Shown here piece after piece: positions 57,110 through 64,000 of a stretch of 64,000 nt of DNA; within the stretch, counting starts at the first letter, position 1; every line of letters starts with the position of its first letter. The position numbers were made by a program, and so were the translations under genes. Source of the stretch: Acidimicrobiia bacterium. GTDB taxonomy: Bacteria > Actinomycetota > Acidimicrobiia > Acidimicrobiales > CATQHL01. The stretch spans positions 1,494-65,493 of the forward strand of contig VXXM01000068.1 of assembly GCA_009835395.1 (NCBI GenBank). Direction: 5' to 3'. Under the pieces are notes generated by a model. That model was not told where the DNA came from. It was given only the letters and a program-made list of their open reading frames with translations, and did not search any database.

Positions 57110-57892
57110 TTGGCAATATTCGACAAGGGCGCGACCACCCAGGACATACTCCAGTACCACTTGAGGGTCGGGCCCGGCGATGTCGCCGATTACGTGCTCC
57201 TCCCCGGCGACCCGGGGAGGGTGGCGCTGATCGCGGAACACCTCGACGACCCGCGTGAGGTCGCCGACCACCGCGAGTACCGGACGGTCACCGGCTCCTA
57301 CCGGGGCATTCCCGTCAGTGCCACCTCCACCGGGATCGGCTGCCCGTCGGCCGCCATCGCCGTGGAGGAGCTCTGCAATGTGGGGGTCTCGCACTTCATC
57401 CGGGTCGGGAGCAGCGCCGCCTTCGTGGAGGGAATCCACAAGGGCGACATCTTGATCAACACCGCCTCGATGCGCTGTGACGGCGCCAGCGCCATGTACG
57501 TGGACGACGGATTCCCGGCAGTCGCCGACCACTTCCTCGTGCGCGGCCTGATCGACGCGGCGGCGGATCTGGCCCCCGGCCGGGGTTTCGCCACCCACGT
57601 CGGCATCAACGTGTCGAGCGACGCCTTCTACGCCGAGACCCCCGAGTGGGTGGAGCGGATGATCGGCCAGAGGATCATGAACGTCGAGATGGAGTCCTCG
57701 GCGATCTTCACGATCGCGCACCTGCGCCAGGTGAAGGCGGCCATGGTCTGTGCGGTGTCCTACAACTTCACCGCACCGGCCGAGATCGACTACGAAGGTG
57801 TCAACGAGCCCCTGGTGGCCGGCTGGCACAACGCCATCGACGTGGCGCTCGAAGGGATACGGCGGTACGAGGCGACGAAGAGAACCGAGTGA
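57110..57892 (+). CDS. Uridine-phosphorylase-like nucleoside phosphorylase, PNP_UDP_1 family (paralog 2)
   Basis: Close to the Udp pattern: ...VLLPGDPGRVALIAEHLD...HREYRTVTGSYRGIPVSATSTGIGCPSAAIAVEELCNVGVSHFIRVGS...ASMRCDGAS...FPAVAD...NVEMESSAIF. The TTG start lies 4 nt after GGAGGAG. Confidence 0.85.
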   Translation: MAIFDKGATTQDILQYHLRVGPGDVADYVLLPGDPGRVALIAEHLDDPREVADHREYRTVTGSYRGIPVSATSTGIGCPSAAIAVEELCNVGVSHFIRVGSSAAFVEGIHKGDILINTASMRCDGASAMYVDDGFPAVADHFLVRGLIDAAADLAPGRGFATHVGINVSSDAFYAETPEWVERMIGQRIMNVEMESSAIFTIAHLRQVKAAMVCAVSYNFTAPAEIDYEGVNEPLVAGWHNAIDVALEGIRRYEATKRTE

Positions 57893-58728
57893 GCGAGGTA
57901 GGCCCGCCTGGAGGTGGAGGTCCCGAAGGGATCGTCGTCGACGGCATCACGATGCGGTTCGGCGGCCACGAGCCGATCACCGCGCTGGAGGATGTCAGCT
58001 TCGACATCGACGACGGCGAGTTCGTGGCCATCGTCGGTCCCTCGGGTTGCGGCAAGTCGACGCTCCTTCGCATCATCGCCGGCCTGCTGGAACCCACCGC
58101 CGGCTCGGTGACGGTGCGGGGAAAGACGCCGAGCGAGGCCCGGCGCGACGTGGAGTTCGGCTTCGTCTTCCAGAGTCCGGTGCTGTTCCCCTGGCTGCGA
58201 GTCCTGGGCAACGTGCTGCTGCCCGACCGGATCCTGGGCAAGCGCAACCCGCTGGCGGTGGCCGACGCCGAGAGGCACGCCCGCGGCCTGCTCCGGGACG
58301 TGGGCCTGGAGGGATTCGAGGAGTACTACCCCGAGCAGATCTCCGGCGGGATGCAGCAACGCGTGGCGCTCGCCCGGGCGCTCAGCTATGGCGCCTCGAC
58401 CCTGCTGATGGACGAGCCGTTCGGCGCGCTCGACGAATTCACCCGAGACAATCTGAACATCCAGCTTCTCGAGGTGTGGCAGCAGACCCGCTCGACGGTG
58501 CTGTTCGTGACCCACAGCCTGCAGGAGGCGATCTTCCTGTCCGACCGGGTGGTCGTGCTGAGCCCCCGGCCCGGCAGTGTCATGAGGATCGCCGACGTGC
58601 CGTTCGGCCGGCCGAGAGATCTCACGATCCGCTACCGCCCCGACTTCGCCGCGCTGAACGGCGAACTCCGGGAACTCCTGCAGATCGACGCGGGAGCCGC
58701 CGGCGACGGGGAGGTTGCGCCACCATGA
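57889..58728 (+). CDS. ABC transporter ATP-binding protein (NitT/TauT family)
   Basis: Walker A GPSGCGKST, Q-loop FVFQSP, signature ISGGMQQRVALARAL, Walker B LLMDEPFGALD. The GTG overlaps the upstream stop (GTGA). Confidence 0.92.
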   Translation: MSEVGPPGGGGPEGIVVDGITMRFGGHEPITALEDVSFDIDDGEFVAIVGPSGCGKSTLLRIIAGLLEPTAGSVTVRGKTPSEARRDVEFGFVFQSPVLFPWLRVLGNVLLPDRILGKRNPLAVADAERHARGLLRDVGLEGFEEYYPEQISGGMQQRVALARALSYGASTLLMDEPFGALDEFTRDNLNIQLLEVWQQTRSTVLFVTHSLQEAIFLSDRVVVLSPRPGSVMRIADVPFGRPRDLTIRYRPDFAALNGELRELLQIDAGAAGDGEVAPP

Positions 58729-59519
58729 CGGGCGCCGGCGCGGGCACCCGCCGTCGCTCGAAGTGGCGGACATACGTCCCCGCGATCCTGCTGTTCCTCG
58801 CCGCCCTCGGGATCTGGGAACTCTGGGTGGTGGCACGCGACGTGCCCACCTACCTCCTGCCCCGGGTGTCGGAGATCGGCATCGAGCTGGGCGAGCAGGG
58901 TTGGTCGCTGTTCCGCCACCTGCGCTGGACGATGCTCGAGGCGGTCCTGGGCTTCCTGGCGGGGAGCACCGCGGCGTTCCTGGCGGCGGTCATCTTCGTC
59001 CACATGCGTGCAGTCGAGGGAGCCCTGTTCCCGTGGGCGATCGTGCTGCAGACCATCCCGATCGTGGCCATCGCACCGCTGCTGACCATCTGGTTCGGCT
59101 TCACCCTGGTCCCGAAGGTGGTGATCGCGGCGATCATCTGCTTCTTCCCGGTACTGGTGAACACCGCGCGCGGCCTCAGATCCATCAGCGCGCAGGCCGT
59201 GGAGTTGATGAGCGTGCTATCCGCGCGCAAGACGGCGGTGTTCTGGCGTCTGCGGGTGCCGAGCTCGCTGCCGTACGTGTTCGCCGGGCTCCGCATCGCC
59301 TCCACGCTGGCGGTCATCGGCGCCATCGTGGCCGAGTTCACCGGGGCGGACCGCGGGATCGGGTTCGTGATCATCCAGGCCAGCTACCGCCTCGACACCA
59401 AGCGCCTCTTCGCCGGCCTGGTGCTCTCCTCAGCGGGCGGGATCGTGTTCTTCAATCTCATCGGCCTCCTCGAGCGGCTCACCGTCCGCTGGCCTGGAGC
59501 GCGCCTGCAGGAGTCCTGA
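58725..59519 (+). CDS. ABC transporter permease (NitT/TauT family)
   Basis: Six hydrophobic segments and an EAA-like loop (...ELMSVLSARKTAVFWRLRVPSSLPYVFAGLRIA...). The ATG overlaps the upstream stop (ATGA). Confidence 0.9.
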   Translation: MTGAGAGTRRRSKWRTYVPAILLFLAALGIWELWVVARDVPTYLLPRVSEIGIELGEQGWSLFRHLRWTMLEAVLGFLAGSTAAFLAAVIFVHMRAVEGALFPWAIVLQTIPIVAIAPLLTIWFGFTLVPKVVIAAIICFFPVLVNTARGLRSISAQAVELMSVLSARKTAVFWRLRVPSSLPYVFAGLRIASTLAVIGAIVAEFTGADRGIGFVIIQASYRLDTKRLFAGLVLSSAGGIVFFNLIGLLERLTVRWPGARLQES

Positions 59520-59676
59520 CCCGACGCCGGCGCGGTGGGCTCGGGCGGCACCCTCCTAGGATCTGTGCCCGATGCCGCGCGGTTTCCCATTCTGGGCGAT
59601 TCTGAGTTCCCTGTCCGGGCCGATCCGGGGCCCCCGCCTACCTCCGCCGGAGCCGAACCCACGCCGCACTGCGCCA

Positions 59677-60864
59677 GTGTTCGAACTCTCCGCGCGCGGC
59701 ATGACGAGCCGGCGGGCCGCCGATCTGGCGCCGAGCCTCATCCGGGACATCGCGAATGCCGGCATTGGACGAAGAGACGTCATCCCCCTCTGGTTCGGCG
59801 AGGGCTGCTGGCCGAGTCCAGACATCGCCGTCGAGGCCGCAAGGCGGGCACTCGCTGACGGAGATCACTTCTACCAGCCCAACAGCGGCAAGACGGAGTT
59901 GCGCGAGGAACTCAGCGCCTACCACCGGCGCATCTACGACGTCGAGATCGACCCCCGCCGCATCACGGTCACCGCGTCGGGCATGCAGGCCCTCGCCCTG
60001 GTCGCCCAGGCGCTCATTGATCCGGGCGACCGTGCCGTGATCATCGGCCCCGTCTGGCCCAACATCCGAGAGACGCTGCGCATCAGCGGGGCCTTCGTCA
60101 TCGAGCACGCCCTGCGCCCCGCCAGCGGTCGCTGGTCGCTCGACGTCGGGCGGCTCATCGACGACATCGGCGAGAACACCCGACTCGTCTTCATCAACAG
60201 CCCGGCCAACCCGACGGGCTGGACGGCCACCCCCGACGAACTGGACGCGGTCATCGAGCACTGCCGGCGCAACAAGGTCTGGCTGGTCGCCGACGACGCC
60301 TACTCGCGGCTCTGCTACGGCCGCCGGTACGCCCCCTGCGCCCTGACGCGCACCGAGCCCGACGACCTGGTCATCTCGGTGAGCACGTTCTCCAAGGCCT
60401 GGTCGATGACCGGCTGGCGCCTCGGCTGGATCACCGCACCGGCGGAACTCGAAGCCCCGCTGGCGATGCTCACCGAGTACAACATCGCCGGGGCGCCAGG
60501 GTTCGTGCAGGCCGCCGGCATCGCCGCGCTGAGGGACGGCGAACCCGACGTTGCGCTGCTGCAGCAGCGCCTGGCCGCTCTGAGGCCGCTGGCCGGCGAG
60601 CACCTCGCCGGCGTCCCCGGCGTCCGCTACCTCGAACCCGAGGGAGCCTTCTACAGCTTCTTCGGCGTCGACGGGATGACCGACAGCGTCGCCACGGCCA
60701 AGCACATCCTCGCCACCTGCGGCGTCGGCCTGGCACCCGGCCGGGCGTTCGGCCCCCACGGCGAGGGCCACCTCCGCCTCTGCTTCGCCCAACCCCCCGA
60801 GACCCTCACGACCGCCCTCGAACGCCTCGCCGACTACTTCGACGCCACCGCAGCCGGCGGCTGA
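59677..60864 (+). CDS. Class I/II pyridoxal-phosphate-dependent aminotransferase
   Basis: Motifs ...INSPANPTGW..., ...ADDAYSRL... and PLP-Lys STFSKAWSMTGWRLGW. The start is uncertain: the GTG at 59677 was chosen, while the ATG at 59572 would add a Pro-rich 35 aa. Confidence 0.85.
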   Translation: MFELSARGMTSRRAADLAPSLIRDIANAGIGRRDVIPLWFGEGCWPSPDIAVEAARRALADGDHFYQPNSGKTELREELSAYHRRIYDVEIDPRRITVTASGMQALALVAQALIDPGDRAVIIGPVWPNIRETLRISGAFVIEHALRPASGRWSLDVGRLIDDIGENTRLVFINSPANPTGWTATPDELDAVIEHCRRNKVWLVADDAYSRLCYGRRYAPCALTRTEPDDLVISVSTFSKAWSMTGWRLGWITAPAELEAPLAMLTEYNIAGAPGFVQAAGIAALRDGEPDVALLQQRLAALRPLAGEHLAGVPGVRYLEPEGAFYSFFGVDGMTDSVATAKHILATCGVGLAPGRAFGPHGEGHLRLCFAQPPETLTTALERLADYFDATAAGG

Positions 60865-61077
60865 GGGGCAGGTGCCTGAAGAGCCGACACTCCGGGCGGC
60901 TGCAGGCGGGGGTCTATGCCGCTTAGGCCTCCGCCTGGCTGCGCCGCCGGAGCCAGCGCACCACAGCGACCACGAGCGCGGTTATCGCCAGGAACTTCAC
61001 GACTCCAGTGTGCCACGGGCCGCCGCATCTTCCGGTGGCGCGCCGGGCACCTCGGCGAGCCCGGTAGGTTGCGGCCC

Positions 61078-61983
61078 ATGAGTATGGGCGACATCGACCT
61101 GGGGCCGATCGGCGTCTGGACCGGCATGCTCGACCAGTTGCCGTCGGCGCGTGCGGCCGAACTGGCCGCCGAGATCGAGGAGCTGGGCTACGGGGCGATC
61201 TGGATCCCCGAGGCCGTAGGGCGCGATCCGTTCGTGATGGCCACCCTGCTGCTGGCAGGCACGTCGTCGATCCCCGTCGCCACCGGCATCGCCAACATCT
61301 ACGCCCGCGACGCCATGACTATGGCCAACGCCCAGCGCACCGTCGACGAGGCGTTCGAGGGCCGCTTCCTGCTGGGTCTCGGCGTCAGCCACGCGCACCT
61401 GGTGGCGGGCCTGCGCAAGCACGACTACTCGCGCCCTCTCAGCTACATGCGCGAGTACCTGGAACGCATGCACAAGGCGGTGTTCTTCGCCCACGGGCCC
61501 GGGGAGCTGCCCGAGATGGTGCTCGCCGCGCTCGGGCCGAAGATGCTGCAATTGTCGGCCACGGCGACCGCCGGCGCGCACCCCTACTTCGTGCCTCCGG
61601 AGCACACCGCCCTCGCTCGGGAGACGATGGGGCCCGACGCGGCCCTGTATCCCGAGCAGATGGTCATCCTCGACACCGACCCCGACTCGGCCCGTGAGCT
61701 GGCGCGCAAGAACATGGCCATCTACCTCGGGCTGCCCAACTACGCCAACAACCTGCTGCGCCTCGGCTTCGAGCAGTCCGACATCGACGGTGGGCCCGGC
61801 GGCGGACCGTCGGACCGACTCGTCGACGCCATCGTCGTCTGGGGCACTCCGGAACAGATCGAAGCCCGCGTCCAGGAGCACCTCGACGCCGGCGCCGACC
61901 ACGTGGGCGTGCAGGTCCTCGCCGAGGATCCCGACACCACCGCCGAAGGCTGGAGGATCCTGGCCCCGGTACTGCTGGCCTGA
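61078..61983 (+). CDS. Luciferase-like monooxygenase (LLM) class, probably an F420-dependent oxidoreductase
   Basis: Motifs ...ELGYGAIWIPEAVGRDPF..., ...FLLGLGVSH... and ...ALGPKMLQLSATATAGAHPYF.... The start is the ATG at 61078. Confidence 0.8.
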   Translation: MSMGDIDLGPIGVWTGMLDQLPSARAAELAAEIEELGYGAIWIPEAVGRDPFVMATLLLAGTSSIPVATGIANIYARDAMTMANAQRTVDEAFEGRFLLGLGVSHAHLVAGLRKHDYSRPLSYMREYLERMHKAVFFAHGPGELPEMVLAALGPKMLQLSATATAGAHPYFVPPEHTALARETMGPDAALYPEQMVILDTDPDSARELARKNMAIYLGLPNYANNLLRLGFEQSDIDGGPGGGPSDRLVDAIVVWGTPEQIEARVQEHLDAGADHVGVQVLAEDPDTTAEGWRILAPVLLA

Positions 61984-62015
61984 CGCACCGCCGCAGCAGC
62001 CGGCGGCGGTCGCGG

Positions 62016-62810
62016 TCACCTCACGTTCTTCGTGTTCCTGCCGATGAGCCGGACCGCCCACCGCCGAGGCAAGAGGCGACCCGTGAGCACGGCGGTCATC
62101 CGGTTGACCACTCCCGGCACCAAGCGCGGTCCCCGACCGAGCCCGTCGAGTGTCCGGCGCGCCGCCTCATCGGGCGACAGCATGCCGGGCACGTCACGGT
62201 CGAAAGACCTGATGTAGCCCGGGGTGCGCATCGCCCCGGCACAGCAGGCGACGACCTCGACGCCGTGGGATCGAAGCTCGTACCAGAGACCCTCGGCGAG
62301 AATCGTGTTGAACGCCTTGCTGGCCGCGTAGACCGAGATGTAGGGCGTCCCCTGCAGGCCCGAGAGTGACGACATCAACACCACGGCACCCCTGCCCCTG
62401 GCGCACATGGCCGGTAACAGGGCCCGCAGCACCCGCAGCGGCCCGCGCACGTTGACGTCGACCACCCGTTCGATCTCCTCCTCGGGGGCCTCGGCGAAGG
62501 GGCCCACCGACGTGTACGCCGCGTTGTAGATGATGATCCCGAGATCCAGGTCGGCGACGGCGTCTGCCAGCGCCTCGGCGACCGTGGGGTCGGCCAGGTC
62601 CTCGACCAGGCAGCGAACCTCGACCTGGTGCTCGGTGGTGAGCTGCGCCTGGAGTTCGGCCAGCAGGTCGCCGCGGCGCGCGACCAACACCAGGTGCATG
62701 CCCCGTGAGGCGAGCTGGGCGGCGAACGCGGCGCCGAGCCCTTCGGAGGCGCCGGCGACCAGGGCCCAGCGGCCGTAGCGGTCCGGAAGGGCACGGGCAC
62801 GGGGCTTCAC
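62016..62810 (-). CDS. Short-chain dehydrogenase/reductase (classical SDR)
   Basis: Cofactor motif ALVAGASEGLGAAFA, NNAG-like IIYNAA, and catalytic S...YAASK. Confidence 0.9.
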   Translation of the reverse strand: MKPRARALPDRYGRWALVAGASEGLGAAFAAQLASRGMHLVLVARRGDLLAELQAQLTTEHQVEVRCLVEDLADPTVAEALADAVADLDLGIIIYNAAYTSVGPFAEAPEEEIERVVDVNVRGPLRVLRALLPAMCARGRGAVVLMSSLSGLQGTPYISVYAASKAFNTILAEGLWYELRSHGVEVVACCAGAMRTPGYIRSFDRDVPGMLSPDEAARRTLDGLGRGPRLVPGVVNRMTAVLTGRLLPRRWAVRLIGRNTKNVR

Positions 62811-62917
62811 GAGCTCTGCTCGCCGTGCGAATCGCTCACCACAGAACTAGGACTACCGCACGACGGCGCGGCGAACCAACCTGGGGATCCACGCCGACTC
62901 GTGGGAGACTCTGCGCC

Positions 62918-63466
62918 ATGTCACGCATCGAGGTCATTCCCGACGACTCCTGGGACGGCGCACTCGGTGAGATGCACCCCCGGGTCGTGGATCCCACCTA
63001 CGGCCGGGTCGACAACGTCCTGGCGGTGCATTCGCTGAACCCCCGGGGCATGGCGGCACACCTGGGCCTGTACGAGTCGGCCATGGCCGGCACGGCCACC
63101 TTGCGCAAGGTGGAGCGCGAGCTCATCGCCCTGGTCGTGAGCCTCGAGAACGACTGCCACTATTGAGTCGTCCACCACCGGCGCGGTCTGCGCCGGCTCA
63201 TCCACGACGACGAGCTCGTGGCGGAGGTGGAGGAGGACTGGCGGGCCGCCGGGTTGTCGCCGAAGCGGCTGGCGATGCTGGGCTACGCGGTCAAGTTGAC
63301 GAGGACGCCGGCGGCGGTGAGCGATGCCGACGTGGAGGCCCTGCGATCGGCCGGCTTCTCCGACCGTGACATCCTCGACATCGTCGAGGTGGTCGCCTAT
63401 TACGCCTACGCCAACCGCATCGCCGACGGTCTCGGCATCGAGACCGAGTCCTGGATCCCCGACTGA
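62918..63466 (+). CDS. AhpD/carboxymuconolactone-decarboxylase-family 'peroxidase-related' protein with in-frame TGA (63164-63166) read as selenocysteine (C-H-Y-U)
   Basis: ORFs 62705..63166 and 63218..63466 share one frame and are separated only by the TGA. The read-through product aligns as one ~182-aa family member, with the TGA at the second Cys of CxxC. A SECIS-like hairpin follows. The start is the ATG at 62918, after GGGAGA. Confidence 0.7.
63167..63211 (+). promoter_or_regulatory. Candidate bacterial SECIS element
   Basis: Lower stem GUCGUC (63167-72) / GACGAC (63206-11). Upper stem CCGGCGC (63178-84) / GCGCCGG (63190-96). Apical loop GGUCU (63185-89). The upper stem starts 11 nt after the UGA. 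Confidence 0.6.
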
Positions 63467-63554
63467 CCTCCCGGGGCTGGCGCCCTCGATCGGGTCGTGG
63501 GCGGGCCGTGTAGTGTCGGCGCGCAGACCGGTCTGCGGCTGAGGGGGGTGCCCC

Positions 63555-63992
63555 GTGTTCCGCCTGAAGGCTCTCGATCATGTGGTGCTGCGGGTGGCCG
63601 ACGTGGAGACCTGCCAGCGGTTCTACGAGGAGGTGCTCGGCTGCACCCTGGAGGCGGCCCGTCTCGAACTCGGCCTGTACCACCTGCGTGCCGGCAACTT
63701 CCTCATCGACCTGGTGGATGTGGCCGGCCCCCTCGGTGCCACCGGCGGTCCCCCGCCCGGCGCCACGGGGCACAACGTCGACCACGTCTGCATCCGGATC
63801 GAGCCCTTCGACGAGGACGAGGTCCGCCGGCACCTCGCCGCCCACGGCATCGAGACCGGCGACCTGGCCAACAACTGGGGCGCCGACGGTCGGGGGCCCT
63901 CGCTGTACATCCAGGACCCCGCAGGCAACACCATCGAACTCAAGGGTCCCCCGACCGAGCCCTACGACCCCGCCGCAGGCTTCATCCCGTAG
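63555..63992 (+). CDS. VOC-family (glyoxalase/bleomycin-resistance/dioxygenase) protein
   Basis: Motifs ...LDHVVLRVADVETCQRFYEEVLG..., ...VDHVCIRIE... and ...LYIQDPAGNTIEL. The GTG start follows GAGGGGGG. Confidence 0.85.
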   Translation: MFRLKALDHVVLRVADVETCQRFYEEVLGCTLEAARLELGLYHLRAGNFLIDLVDVAGPLGATGGPPPGATGHNVDHVCIRIEPFDEDEVRRHLAAHGIETGDLANNWGADGRGPSLYIQDPAGNTIELKGPPTEPYDPAAGFIP

Positions 63993-64000
63993 CCGCGGGC

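Noticed and set aside
46689-57829. Long ORFs at 46741..48600 (-), 46689..48437 (+), 49060..50703 (-), 50669..51619 (+) and 55823..57829 (-).
   Set aside because: These are alternate-frame or antisense shadows of the dehydrogenase, oxygenase, glpX, lipoprotein, SBP and phosphorylase genes. Their composition is low-complexity.
60923-61000. A 25-aa minus-strand ORF (GTG ... TAA) encodes VKFLAITALVVAVVRWLRRRSQAEA, with GGAG 3 nt upstream. It lies in the 213-bp spacer before the LLM gene.
   Set aside because: It looks like a TM helix plus an RRR anchor and resembles the 59-aa ORF at 42192. However, 25 codons with a sub-optimal SD spacing is too little evidence without conservation data.

Overview
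This is a high-G+C, Actinomycetota-type chromosomal window. Spot counts give about 72% G+C in typical coding DNA (43/60 at 50941-51000). It is densely coding, with about 60 CDS. I found no rRNA, tRNA, CRISPR array, transposase or integrase. Functional calls come from motifs and family architecture read in the translations, since no searches could be run. Many long ORFs in the track are antisense or alternate-frame shadows typical of high-G+C DNA, and several real genes are over-extended at the 5' end. I re-picked those starts from RBS, overlap and homology logic.

Core genes present are gatCAB, ligA, mnmA plus a cysteine desulfurase, murA, glpX, ogt and a fused ETF. They are interleaved with five accessory blocks:
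- Tandem acyl-CoA synthetase paralogs, one of them frameshifted (0.7-3.9 kb).
- A 14-kb single-strand catabolic supercluster (8.1-22.5 kb). It holds a Mo-hydroxylase/CoA-ligase/crotonase set in hmfABCDE order, glcDEF, a DUF1858-like CxxC protein, a LarA-like racemase, an SDR and an FAH-family hydrolase.
- An Opp/Dpp-type ABC transporter (30.7-36.7 kb).
- A roughly 1-kb low-G+C island encoding a Q/E-rich coiled-coil membrane protein (51.7-52.6 kb).
- A regulator-rich locus in which a uridine-phosphorylase-like gene sits inside an NMT1/ThiY-type ABC transporter operon (52.8-60.9 kb).

The strongest hidden signal is an AhpD/CMD-family gene (62918-63466) that the ORF track splits at an in-frame TGA. 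The TGA replaces the second Cys of the CxxC motif and is followed by a SECIS-like hairpin with a GGUCU loop, so this is a probable selenoprotein.

Other notable items:
- A PASTA-domain pseudokinase leads the gatCAB operon.
- MurA carries Asp at the fosfomycin-target Cys position.
- A 59-aa membrane ORF is missing from the track.
- There is a fused ETF beta-alpha gene.
- 4-nt GTGA start/stop overlaps are pervasive.
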